Shown here one piece after another: positions 38,801-51,461 of a DNA stretch of 64,000 nucleotides. The stretch lies in contig NMRA01000203.1 in assembly GCA_002633005.1 (NCBI GenBank), forward strand, positions 628,393 to 692,392, read 5' to 3'. Below the pieces are notes generated by a model. It was given only the letters and a program-made list of their open reading frames with translations, did not search any database and was not told the origin of the DNA. The translations under genes were made by a program, and so were the position numbers. This DNA comes from Phoronis australis (taxonomy: Eukaryota > Animalia > Phoronida). Each line of letters opens with the position of its first letter. The stretch's first letter is position 1.

Positions 38801-41800
38801 AGGTAGATTTTATTTTGATTTCCTGGGTCTAAAAACATGGGACGGGAGTTAGGAAATTATTTATGTACCTCAGTGTTTTGTATCATTGGTCACGTGACAC
38901 TGCGTCTAATTTTTATCAATTCATGGTATCGACAAAACTCTTGAGTTGTTGTATACTTTCCAAAGCTCACTCGATCTAATGACCCTCATTGCAAAGCACG
39001 TGACTTTGTTCATGATTGGCTTTGCCTTAGAGCAGCATATGTTTCTTTAGATACTGCGACAAGCTGCATAGTTTGACTTGTTTGCACCAAAAGGTGTTGA
39101 CATGCAGCTTTTCTTTCAATTGCATAAGTAGGAAAATAGACAAAGGATATGTAGACCACAAACAATCATTTAAGTACATAACTTAACTTTAAAGCATGCT
39201 AGCATGTAAATACGCCTTCACGGTGAAAGGACTTAACCAAAAAAAAATTATTGAAAAGGTACCGTGTTTCGAATGAATGAATTTTTACCTGTACAGTACT
39301 AGTTCAATGTTGTTCCTGTGATTTTCTTACCTCTGTCTTTCTATCCAGACTTGGCATACCTCTTTCAGTGCACCAAAAGTGCAGACACAGAGGTAATTTA
39401 CTGTATCTACACCATTCCTTCTTGGCGTTTCTGCGTACGCTGGATGTTTCCATTTGAGAAGAGTTCGTTGATATTCATGGACACAAACCTTTCCCCGCCT
39501 CTTTATTTTAGAATATCTGAGGCTAGGTAGTAAAAAGTGAACATGTACATTTCCACTAGAATTTCGGTCTGCCACAGTTGTGCTTGATTTAGAAGTGAGA
39601 TTTAAAGTTTTGGGGTTTCCAGGTAGTGCCAGTTATAGGAATGAGCTGTGAAGTTTTTGGGTCTCAAAAAGACTTTCTTACACTCCCCTGGATATGTCTT
39701 TATCCTGTATGATTTCGTTGGGTGTTCCGCTCGACATGCCTTGGTTTTCAAAGTCAGTTTTCTCAACTGACTAATGGACACCAAAATGATTCTCAAAATG
39801 TGGGCGCATAATATCCGGCTATTGCTCTAAGACATCTAGATTCTAATTGTTTGTTTGTTATGACATCGTTATGACCTTTTGGACCCAGTGAAGTAAAAGT
39901 TAAAATCAGAAAATTAAAAGAGAATAACTTCCCAGCAGCAAACAATGGGTGCAACCACACCGATTAATCCAAACACATAATTTTATAAAAATGTCAAATG
40001 CTAACTGCTGCCACGGTTACCTCAATCGAAAAAATTCAAAACCTTCAAAAGTTTTGAGAATGTCACGTGGTTGGGCATGTCTAGTCCTATCTGTGAGTTC
40101 AATTAAATCGTGTTGCAGATACATCAACAGTAAATTTCCTAAATGTGTGCCCCTCACACACTTTAAACATTGTCATGTTTCCCTTTGCAGATTACACAAT
40201 CCAATGTCAAACAACGGGTGTCATGACTATTACAAAGTCAAGATTGACAAAGTCATCCTACACTTTTGACGAACATGTGATTAGCGACTTTGTAAGAACA
40301 ATTTGTCGTAAATATACCAATGATTGTATTGCTGGTTTCCTCAGAGGAAAGGCAGGCAGAAGCCTTGAAGGCAGAGGTACGCGAACAAAAGGCGCCATGG
40401 GTTTGCGTGATATGAACTCGGTGCTTCATCGTCTGGTAGAAGTTAATAAAATGTGACTAAATTGAGGGATATCATATCATTTGCTCAAGTTATCCAAACA
40501 ATTTCTTATTGACCTGTTTCTGAATTTGTCTAGCCATTGTCCATGTACTGTTAATAGCACAACACACAGTGTACTTTTAAGAGTTATCATTGTTGAATTT
40601 TCCTGATCTATGAACATCACAGCCGTTATGATATCACAATGACTTAACGAATGTTAAACAACTAATTCAGTCAACATAATGCAAAGTACACAAGTAATAT
40701 TTGCACACAGAGAGGTACTATTCAAACCAAATAAACGCTTGGGTAAAATACTTGTAGTAGCAGTCGTATGGTATTCAGAGTACTGGTAGGCTTGATACTA
40801 TTATGATTTTGTCACGCAAAACAGTACATTGTTGTGTCCCTAAGTCTTCTGCTTTTTCCAGAGTGGAATCTCTTTTGCATACAGAGGAACATTTCGGTAT
40901 CCTTGTCCAGTTGCATCAGAAACTCTGACCTCTCTCTACAGTTTCTTTGTCTGTACATTATGTGGAAATTTTACTGATGTCACAGTTTTCCACCTGTTAT
41001 GTACTTGTACTGGCTAAAAAGTTTCAAGAGCACTACCATTCAGCTTTAGCAGAGAAATGCAGTAACCCGGATGTGTGGTGAGGTCATCGTAGCAGAAAGC
41101 TATGAGAAAATGTATAGTTGTACAAGGTCGTAGGTCTGAAATGAAATAATGAGAACAATACTTTATTTGTTGTTGCATTATACAACTACCAGCAGCTTCA
41201 TCGAATTGGACTTAACGTAGGTTGAAGTCTGCTTAAATGCTGATACATGTGTTGCGGTATTTGCTGCTATCAACAGCAAGTCAAAAGGTAAGGTTGCGTG
41301 TAGTTAATTTAATGCAAAACAGTAGCTTGTAATTGGCAATTTTCATTTCTAGAATGTCTTCTGTCTCCTGATTAGCCAAATATTAATTTTTGAATACAGT
41401 CTGTCTCACGGATTTATAGGGTGTAAACGGGCATATTGTCCCAGGCCACCCTTCCAACAGCGGGCACCGTTTGAGAGGGCCCCATAAAATATGAAAGGTA
41501 TATTGCCCAAATACTTTATTATGAAAAGTTATATCAGTTAAAATAACTCGAAAATAGTGACAATGGGTTTTATAATCCGGTCATCCTGCTCCTATCATCG
41601 GGCCACCTCCCTTAAAATGGAACTTGCACGCTAATTCCTTATCTCTGTGGTTGCATATAGCGACGATGTGAATATGAATTAAGAAGGTTGAAAATGATTC
41701 GCTGTAAATTACTCAGCCGTATCCAGTAAGTGTCGTGAAGTGGTGTTGGGGAATAACACTGTATGATGTGGGCTATATGAATCCCCCAAGGTATGTCATT

Positions 41801-42234
41801 AGCGCAACGGTCACCTATTTGCATAATTTTATGTTTTCACATTTAAAAGATTTCATTGAATACAATTGGACGTTGTTTAGCGTACATGATGTTCAAATGG
41901 CATTGTCGTTTAGTTACTGCTATACATTAGCATAGTAAGGAGCATGTACATACGTCTTTAACAAAAATTGAAGATAAGAGAAGCAACTGATTTCACTGTT
42001 TTGGACCAACCTGTGAATGACCCTTTAAAACGGGAAAAGGGTAGCAGTGGATGTCATCAGCAGGCACCATCCACGAGCTGAGATTTATATGAAATGTTCA
42101 AAATCAAATTTTATTTTGGTACCAGAAGTCGGGTTCATGACAGTTTCAAGAGTGTTCATATACGTGTCAAATAATTGTATATTTGACTCGTAGACAGGCG
42201 TGTCTGTTATGTTACTTGGACAAGAGCTCGTAGG

Positions 42235-42390
42235 CAGTGCTGTAGTGGTAAAATTAGAGGTAAGTACGCACCTAAAGCCCACCGTATCGCCTTGAGCACT
42301 GAACGTAACTTACGCGGCGTAGGCGCTACGTTCAAACGCCAAAAGGTGGCTGGCTGCGCCTGCGTGCGCCTACGCTCCACTACAGCACTT
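42235..42390. mobile_element. hAT MITE family C copy, ~850 bp upstream of the opsin ATG
   Basis: Homologous to 49118-49273; decayed TSD CTCGTAGG/TTGGTAGG. Confidence 0.8.
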
Positions 42391-43239
42391 TTGGTAGGCT
42401 ATAAAATGTGTAATAGGCAACATTGTGAGCATGAAAGATTTACTGTGATCAAAAACATTTTCATTCGCATTACGCTATGTGCGATCCATGTTCCTGCAGT
42501 CATCGACTCAAGCTTTAGCTGTAAGGATGCAGATAGTAAAATTATTTGATAGTCAACAATGTAAACATTAAAAATTATTTGCGAGTATTCTTTTCACTTA
42601 GAATTCTGTCTGCCTTGCGGTTGCTCAATGTTTTTTTGAGTTTCAGGGGATATACATGCAGATTACAAATGTGTTTTTGAGCGGCTCCACCGGGCGCCTA
42701 CGCTATGGTATACTTTTCGAAAGAGATTTCATGGGTTTAATCTTATGTGTCATCACAGTTGGTTGTGAAGAGCCGCGGGATTGCGACCTTCTTTTGCACT
42801 GGCATGGAGGTGGGGTTCGCTCATGATAGCCTAGATACGCCTATGACAGTACCCCATATTACCACTCTCAGGGTATTTAACAAGTAAGCCTAAAGTGCTA
42901 AGACCGTTCCTTCGCCGCGCTAGTACATAGTCCTCTTTTTCAATCTGGCGGTTAATATTTTTTAAAACCGACTGATTGAGCTCGTGACCGTTTAGCGCGA
43001 ACAACTAGCGATTATACAAATGGACACGTGATCTACGGTGATTTGTTTAGACACTGTCCATCAGCAAGGAGTAGTAGTAGATTCTTTCAATGGACTCGAG
43101 AAACTATCGTAGAAGTGAGCCGCGCGATGTCTGAATAAATACAAGGCGTAATTACATTTATGCGACAAATCTCAGCAGACAAGGACCGTTGCGCTGCTGG
43201 TACTGGCTGATGAGGACGTAGATTGTAAAAGCTGTTGAG

Positions 43240-43315
43240 ATGCATATCAACAAAACTGTTCTTGAATTGGACGATACCAGTCAAGATGTTATTGGCATTT
43301 ATCTGATAATTCTAG
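43240..43315 (+). CDS. Opsin exon 1 (MHINKTVLELDDTSQDVIGIYLIIL)
   Basis: ATG with in-frame upstream TAG, N-glycosylation sequon NKT, start of TM1, G|gtaagt donor phase 1. Confidence 0.85.
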
Positions 43316-43332
43316 GTAAGTTTTAAATAATA

Positions 43333-43599
43333 CGTGCGTGCACCCTGCCGTAAAAAAACGGGGAACTCGAATTTTTGAGAATGTGGACCTTTTACTAAGA
43401 TTCACGGGGTACGTTCAGAGCTATGAATTGTGCATTTGCAAATTTTTTTGTTGTCCCTGCCTTTTTAGTGGACTTTGGTCTCGTTTTCTATTTTTTCGGA
43501 ATTTTTGTTCCTCTGAGGAAAATTTGTTTGCTCACTTCGCCAAATGGGAGGGACACGTTTGAGCCCCACGAGCGCTCCCCCCCCCTGAGTGCGAGCATG
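43333..43599. mobile_element. MITE family B copy in opsin intron 1, TSD TAATA
   Basis: Inverted relative to the 16525 copy; TSD on both sides. Confidence 0.78.
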
Positions 43600-44482
43600 T
43601 AATAAGTAAATCTGCGCATGTTTCCTGTTTGGGCAGGACAAACTCATGAAAGTCTTGTATTGTGACGGGGAAGGGGTATCGTGAAGAAGTCTTCAGAGGT
43701 CTATTACATGAGAATTGATTTTTTCTTGGTCTTAAAAGACCCAGACTGAAATTTGGTCTCACACAACTATTTCATGAAAAATTATCAAAATTCATTTAAG
43801 CAAAAGAACAAAGTATCTGAGAATAAGCCCACACTTAGAAAATGTGTAGAAATTATTTCCAGGCACTGATATGCCAATAATTACATTACTAAACCTTAAT
43901 TTGATAATTATTAGGTGTGAATGTAAGACAAAAAATGTTTGTGTCACGAAACAGGCCACTGTGGATCTAATTGATGCCATTGTCACGTAAAATTCATCAC
44001 GCTAAACGGATGAGTTTCTAAGCTCAAGGTTGGGTAGGACCCTAGAAAAATTTGGCTGACTACGGAACATCATATCTCAGAGATGGCTGATCGGATTCAT
44101 ATCAAACTTTCAGACACTGTGCCTTATGCTCTGTTAAGAATTGTTTATAAAATATTCCACTTTCGCATGAACGGCTATCAAAAACAGGAATTTCATTATT
44201 TTTATAAATTTATAAATTTTTATAAATTATCTTTAAAATTACATAAAGAGAAAACTGTAACATCATTTTTGTCATCTCATCTTGAACATATAATTATGTC
44301 AAATAAAATTTTATCACGTTATTGTTTTCCTATCCATCCTCTCTGAAACCCTTGACAATCCTCAGAAGTTGAGAGAAAAAGTTGAAAACTCCTCTCCACG
44401 GTATCTGGTCAGAATTCTTACAAGTAAATTTCTCCTGAACACTGTTAACACACGTGTACGAATATCGCAAATTTCTTTTCAG

Positions 44483-44645
44483 CCCTCATCTCAGTGATTG
44501 GAAATGTGCTCCTCGTTTCTTCGTTTGTCAAAATGGGTGAATGGCGCAGTGGAGTCAATTTCTTTATTATCAACATGGCGCTCAGTGACATTCTGTGCTC
44601 AGGATTCATGTATATTTTAGCCGCGTTATCAAGTTTGAATCGAAG
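44483..44645 (+). CDS. Opsin exon 2 (ALISVIGNVLLV...NFFIINMALSDILC...SSLNRR): TM1-TM2
   Basis: Class A GPCR GN and NxAxxD motifs; ttttcag acceptor, gtaagc donor; phase 1->2. Confidence 0.9.
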
Positions 44646-45739
44646 GTAAGCAACCATTAAAACGGTTATTGTATATTTCGCTTAAAAACTCGTAGAGATA
44701 GCGCATGAGTGGCCCATTACGGATTTTCGTTGGGATTTCTTTGTTTTTACCCTGGGATTTCTTCATTTTAAAGCACAATGAAGCCAAAAAAGAGCAATTT
44801 TATTCTGTTTTGTGCTATTTTCCAATTCGAATATAAAGAAAATCCCAGCATTCATCAATCATCACTGGTGGCATACACTAAGCATTTAAAAATGGGCAGA
44901 TGTTAATGTTCGTGCGATTAATTTCGTCATCTGAAGAAATTTTACCGCAGCCATTCTAATCAGCCAACTACCGTGGCCGGTTACACGAAACAGTCCCAAA
45001 CAGAGACTCAACTAGTCCCTAAAGCTGCACATTTGAGTACCTCTTCGGTTCACTCACAAATGTTATTTGTTTCTAGAGGTATATCTTTATTGTGAGCTCC
45101 TCTTTAGTTGTTGACAGTTTCGTAAAATATATTTAAAAGCTAATTGAGACTCTTACTCTGAAATATATAGATACTTTGTATTTAAATTCGACTCGTCTAT
45201 TTTCATTAACATTGAGAATTCAACGTTGAGCTAAAATGACTTAGTAACGAATATAAAACAGCAGTAGAAAGAACAATCAGTGTTTGCGCAAGTCTGCAAA
45301 GGCGATAGTTGTGTCCCTATTTGGTGCAGTTTCATGCAACCGGACACAGGCACTTCAGAGTGTAGGATTTTACTCTCATGCTTGCTCACTTGAATTGAAG
45401 TGTGTATGTGAGCAAATATATGTAAGCCATCTAACTTGACTACAACTACCCGAAGTCTTTTTTATTAAATATTCCCTGATACAGAATAGATCAAAGAACA
45501 TGGATCTGGAGACCTGATCTTGTAGTAGAAGTGAGTGCACGCCTATCGTATAGGCAAAGAAATCGAAGTTTACTACTCAATAAATTTTGGACTGCATTAT
45601 AATCATTATTTAACTATGATTAAAATATAATTATTAATGTTTCAACATGCGCGAGATATTTGCCACACGATCTATTACAATGTCATAAGAAGCAAATAAA
45701 CAGTGTGTCACCTGGAAGCAGTAGAAAGTACCACCGTCT

Positions 45740-46016
45740 TAACTGGATGGTGACCATCCCTAACTGGATGGTGACCATCCCTAACTGGATGGTGACCATC
45801 CCTAACTGGATGGTGACCATCCCTAACTGGATGGTGACCATCCCTAACTGGATGGTGACCATCCCTAACAGGATGGTGACCATCCCTAACAGGATGGTGA
45901 CCATCTCTAACTGGATGGTCACCATCCCTAACTGGATGGTCACCATCCCTAACAGGATGGTCACCATCTCTAACTGGATGGTGACCATCCCTAACTGGAT
46001 GGTGACCATCCCTAAC
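45740..46016. repeat. 21-bp minisatellite with palindromic core GGATGGT(G/C)ACCATCC, at least 13 copies, running into the gap
   Basis: TAACTGGATGGTGACCATCCC repeated. Confidence 0.95.
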
Positions 46017-46990
46017 NNNNNNNNNNNNNNNNNNNNNNNNNNNNNNNNNNNNNNNNNNNNNNNNNNNNNNNNNNNNNNNNNNNNNNNNNNNNNNNNNNNN
46101 NNNNNNNNNNNNNNNNNNNNNNNNNNNNNNNNNNNNNNNNNNNNNNNNNNNNNNNNNNNNNNNNNNNNNNNNNNNNNNNNNNNNNNNNNNNNNNNNNNNN
46201 NNNNNNNNNNNNNNNNNNNNNNNNNNNNNNNNNNNNNNNNNNNNNNNNNNNNNNNNNNNNNNNNNNNNNNNNNNNNNNNNNNNNNNNNNNNNNNNNNNNN
46301 NNNNNNNNNNNNNNNNNNNNNNNNNNNNNNNNNNNNNNNNNNNNNNNNNNNNNNNNNNNNNNNNNNNNNNNNNNNNNNNNNNNNNNNNNNNNNNNNNNNN
46401 NNNNNNNNNNNNNNNNNNNNNNNNNNNNNNNNNNNNNNNNNNNNNNNNNNNNNNNNNNNNNNNNNNNNNNNNNNNNNNNNNNNNNNNNNNNNNNNNNNNN
46501 NNNNNNNNNNNNNNNNNNNNNNNNNNNNNNNNNNNNNNNNNNNNNNNNNNNNNNNNNNNNNNNNNNNNNNNNNNNNNNNNNNNNNNNNNNNNNNNNNNNN
46601 NNNNNNNNNNNNNNNNNNNNNNNNNNNNNNNNNNNNNNNNNNNNNNNNNNNNNNNNNNNNNNNNNNNNNNNNNNNNNNNNNNNNNNNNNNNNNNNNNNNN
46701 NNNNNNNNNNNNNNNNNNNNNNNNNNNNNNNNNNNNNNNNNNNNNNNNNNNNNNNNNNNNNNNNNNNNNNNNNNNNNNNNNNNNNNNNNNNNNNNNNNNN
46801 NNNNNNNNNNNNNNNNNNNNNNNNNNNNNNNNNNNNNNNNNNNNNNNNNNNNNNNNNNNNNNNNNNNNNNNNNNNNNNNNNNNNNNNNNNNNNNNNNNNN
46901 NNNNNNNNNNNNNNNNNNNNNNNNNNNNNNNNNNNNNNNNNNNNNNNNNNNNNNNNNNNNNNNNNNNNNNNNNNNNNNNNNNNNNNNNNN
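46017..46990. other. Assembly gap (N run) inside the opsin gene
   Basis: Run of n. Confidence 1.
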
Positions 46991-48174
46991 CGTGCATTTG
47001 CCGTGTTGTTAAACATTAAAATGTCAAATATGTGCACAAAGACTATTAAATGTCATATCAACAGCATTTATTTTTATCAAATACAAACAATAATTCATTG
47101 AAATACAAACAGTTTCAAGTAACGCCAATTAAAGACAAGTATAAGTGGTGGCATTTTGGAAACGAACATTTGACTGACAAGACCGCAATGGTTCACCTTT
47201 GGCCTATTTAAAAATTGAGGTGATGAAGTCACATCACCTAGCGAGCGCGGCAAAAATTGGAGCGTGCGCAGTACAAAAATTTTGATTTCACGATTTTGGG
47301 AACTGAAATAGGGACTGCTCGAAGAAAAAGTTTGATAACGGGAGTATTTGTTCGATTTGGAAGGAATTAAACACATCGACAACCTCCTAAGGTGTTCCTC
47401 TACTGCGCAAAAGGTATTTATAACAGCCTGACTTTGATGGTTTAGTCGGTGCGAGGCATAATTCGCCGAAAAGCTTCCGGCGTACAGAGCGCCTATAGCC
47501 TCTGCATCGCCTCTAGTTCGGGCCAACAGAGGCGATGGTCATTGCCTATGGTGTTCCCTGCTTTGGTACATATTCAGTCAAATCTATTCCACTTACACAT
47601 CCGTGCCTTTTACCGGAAGCAACTTGGGCTGCAGTCAACACAACCTTCGTCCTCGTCAATTTCATTTCACAATTACATCCCCAAAACGTCAAAACTTTAC
47701 GATTCCTACCGTGTTCTCAACTTGTTTTCCTCGGCCTTTACACCCTGGTCGTCACAAATGTCAAGATCCCTCGGTCACCTCTTAACCTAGGCACTCGGAG
47801 AGCCAACGTCACGTTTTCTATCGCAACGGGATGGTGCTTGGTCCTGTATAGACCACGTAAGCCAACTCGCAAAGTTGAGAGGAAGAGGGTAATCTATGTG
47901 GCTATTTTTACTGAATTTTATAGCGCTTGCTTAGACTCATAAAACAATGTTTCGTGTTCTGATTTCGAACAACTCAACAGTACTTCCGCCAAACACCTCA
48001 CGATGATCGACTTACAATTTAAGTAAAAAGTATTAGGCTAGCTGTGAACACCTCCGATAAGACTGGCACAGACGACACAAGTCAAACGTTTTCAACAAAC
48101 CTGTGTACGCAAGTGAGGCCGTGAAGAACGTCCACTTCTTTAATGGTCCACGTATTACTTTCTTTGTTCTTCAG

Positions 48175-48512
48175 CTCACAGAATTCGAGGCTCCACGAAG
48201 TACCTGGTCGTCGCCAATTCTCTCTCCTGGTTAGCTGGACTACTATTTGCCTCCCTGCCGCTCGTGGGCTGGGGAAGGTATGACTACGAGCCATACGGTA
48301 CAGCATGCTCTTTACACTGGGACACTAACGAGCCGGCGGACATTGCCTACACTCTCTTCGCAGCCGTGTGCGTACTGTGTTTGCCGTTGACGATAACCTT
48401 CTATTCGTATGTGAGGGTAACCAAGGTCATCAAGAAAAAAGCGGACATTCAGATGAAATTAAGACCAGGCTTGAGTAAGCGTGGCGACGACAAGGAAATG
48501 CAAGCCATGAAG
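48175..48512 (+). CDS. Opsin exon 4: TM4, EL2 (LPLVGWGRYDYEPYGTACSLHW), TM5, IL3
   Basis: PLxGWGxYxxE...C motif with E181 equivalent at 48288-48290; ttcttcag acceptor, AAG|gtattg donor; phase 1->0. Confidence 0.93.
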
Positions 48513-49117
48513 GTATTGTAAAGTAAAAGCAACTTGTACCTTTTGTTAACCAATTGACAGGGCATAGATGGGTCCTTTTTATTTATAACAGCAAAAATCG
48601 AATGACTGAAACATATCAGAAAAACTTATTCGAAGAAGCAATCCAATATTGTTAACGTGATTGATATTTGACAATGAAAATTCTAAGGAATATGTTCATC
48701 TGGAGATTTTAAAGGAGTAACTAATGGACAAAATCGTTCATTCTGTTTTTCGAGCGAAAATTGATGTACAAGTCAATTTTATTGTGCTTATCAAAATTAC
48801 CATAGATACCCATTCCTACCACCGTGATAATTAGCCGTCATCTTGGATTTTTGAAAACACTGAATAAGGAATTTTGGTATATTTTATTTCATTTTGTTAA
48901 GCATACAAAATCATAATTCTTAACTTTAAATCGTTCATAAAAATGAAAAATGGGGACAGCAGCCATATTGCATCTGAAAATTGCTAATTGTAAGTAGACT
49001 TGTTTGGTTGTTCATTTAAAAAGTGGCGCTGTTAACAGACAAAAGGGTATTACATTATGTGCCACGAGAAGTTCACGGAAAACATTTTCAATGACGAATA
49101 GTGAACCCAGCCACATT

Positions 49118-49273
49118 CAGTGCTGTTGTGGTAAAATTCGAGGTAAGTAGGCGCCCACAGCCCACCGTATCACCTAGAGCACTGAACGTAACTTACGGTG
49201 CGCAAGCGCTACGTTCAAATGCCAAAAGGTGGTTGGCTGCGCCTACGTGCGCCTACGCCCCACTACAGCACTG
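49118..49273. mobile_element. hAT MITE family C (CAGTGCTGTAGTG TIR), 8-bp TSD GCCACATT
   Basis: Perfect 8-bp TSD; second copy at 42235-42390. Confidence 0.85.
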
Positions 49274-50190
49274 GCCACATTGCATTTCAAAATGGTTCCC
49301 AGAATCTCATTGCAACTAAATTTGCTTTTCTTGTTCACCTCACAGAAAAGTGGTATCAGTGTCAAAACCTCCATGACTTTAATTTGCACCAAGATTTTAA
49401 TTTACTATTTTTTTAAAATGTGAAGAGCGAAATAGTTTTGCCAGAATTTTACACCCAACTTAGGATGATTATTTTTCGCGCGTGTTAAACTGATGAATAT
49501 TGCAAATGTGCAATGTCTTTTTCCACCACTTGGAATTCACAAACGAATGCTGAAATAACATTTCGTGTCTTGCTTACACCAATTAGCTATAGTTTGTTCT
49601 TGAACAAGGAAAATCCAATATCTGTCGTAGACTTGTGCACGTTTTACAGACAGAACAACAACGCGGAGGATATTGCTCCAATTATATGGCTTTTTCATGT
49701 TTTGATAAAACAACTTCAAGAAGTGGGAGATGGCCTTGTTCCTGCCCCCACCTTCCCTTACGCTTCTTGGGAAACCCCACTTTTTAAGTGGATAATACTA
49801 AAAGGGATCGTTATGGGCAAAAACACCAAAGTAGCACTTAGTATATCGATGAAGATTAACATTTGCCAATTGATGGCGTACAATACGAGAAAATACCGGA
49901 CCTTCTCGGTAAGTGGTGAATATCTCACATGCGGAGGATCGAAGTTTCCCGCCGTTTGCTTCAGGTTTGGCAGACGACACCATGTCTTGCAGAAATTATA
50001 AGTCGGCGGTAGTTGTTGAAGTGTTGCTTTAAATTATTAAGTAAGATTAGGAAAGAGTAAGTGCTTACACTCAAAACGGGCGGGCTTCATCTTGTGCCTG
50101 AGATAAGTGTTTCATAATTATTTGGGATATTCTTAATTTTAGTCTTGCCAGGAAATATTTCAACTAACGAAAATGCACTCATATTTCCAG

Positions 50191-50796
50191 ATTGTGCTCG
50201 CCTCTCTGACCATGTTTCTTCTCGCCTGGGGCCCGTACGCCACTGTCCACATTCTCATCACAATGGGAGTCAAGTGGCCCGTACAGGTGATAGCAGTCGT
50301 AACCCTGTTGGCAAAATCACAAAGTGCGTTCAACCCAATCATCTTAGCCACTGGCAAAGTGGAAATTCGTATGGCAATAAAACAATTATGCTGTCCGACG
50401 ACGGAGGAGAATAGCATCACAGCAAGGCAACAATGTCCGAGTAGAAATCCAATGGTTCTCCACGGTCCATTGTCGACCGTGATACCGTGCACAATGTTTC
50501 ACGATCAAATACAATTCACAAAAAGGATGTCCAGTGAAGAACTGCTGTATTCCGAACACGGCTGCTCTTTAAAAACCAGCGTGCGCAGTTCAAAAGCTGC
50601 AAACGTGAGGCTATATTCTGAAACAAACGTCTCGACTATCTCGATCAGCCATTATACATTCATACCGGCCCCGTCAGTGTCATCTTTCTTGTCATTACGT
50701 CAAACACTGGAAACACGACAGAAGAGCAACTCAGAGCCGACCCTTTCTGACTGGCCACACACCACTGACGTGTCTATTGACATTGCAGAAAATTGA
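50191..50796 (+). CDS. Opsin exon 5: TM6 (FLLAWGPYA), TM7 (LLAKSQSAFNPIIL), long Ser/Thr-rich C-tail
   Basis: Schiff-base Lys296 equivalent at 50314-50316; tttccag acceptor phase 0; CC putative palmitoylation site; TGA stop. Confidence 0.93.
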   Translation: MVLASLTMFLLAWGPYATVHILITMGVKWPVQVIAVVTLLAKSQSAFNPIILATGKVEIRMAIKQLCCPTTEENSITARQQCPSRNPMVLHGPLSTVIPCTMFHDQIQFTKRMSSEELLYSEHGCSLKTSVRSSKAANVRLYSETNVSTISISHYTFIPAPSVSSFLSLRQTLETRQKSNSEPTLSDWPHTTDVSIDIAEN

Positions 50797-51328
50797 TATC
50801 AATTTCTGTCACAGTTGACTCGTGATTTTTCCGCTGTAAGGGAAATACAGAGAGAAACTGCACGATAACCTAGGAATAGACTATTTTTGAAATTTATGCA
50901 TGGTTCACATTCCAATACGAAAACAAGGCTTGAACAGTCTAAAACAATCTCGTCTGACTAGACCAGCCGTTCGATTTGAACTCGTGTATCTAACTGGTGA
51001 CATTTTAAGGGATTGTTGGTGTATTCATGTATGCATAAGGATTCATATAATAAAAACTGCACTTATTCATGCCTGTGCTGTCAGTTCTTGAAACGCACAT
51101 GACCACAACGTTGCCGCGGCGACAGCTGCAGAGTAAAGGATTAACATCTTGCCTCCAAGAGTTACTGCGAACTGAACTTCTGGTCACGATTTGTCCTCTG
51201 CAAAGTTGTCACGAACTCCCCAGTGGTTAACTAGCTTTACCAGAGATTCTTCATAAAGTACACTAAGCGACAACGATTACTTTAAATCACTTTTTGTTCC
51301 CGAAAAAGTGCCCATGGGCGCTGTTTCT

Positions 51329-51461
51329 CACGGGCGGCGCAGCACTGAAAAAAGTGGAGCTATAGCCCCAGCACCCCTGTGGTGCAACGCTCATAGACCA
51401 TGGACACTGAAAAAAGATAGGGGCTATAGCCTCCCCAGCTCCCTACGGTGCGCTGCCCGTG
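51329..51461. mobile_element. Small MITE (CACGGGCGGCGCA / TGCGCTGCCCGTG)
   Basis: 13-bp TIR, near-TSD TTTCT/TTTGT, internal duplication. Confidence 0.55.

Noticed and set aside
45660-47037. Long ORFs of 341-450 aa
   Set aside because: Artefacts of the 21-bp repeat plus the N gap
47449-47942. Overlapping ORFs considered as the missing opsin TM3 exon
   Set aside because: No W..G...C start, no (D/E)RY-like motif and no phase 2->1 splice pair
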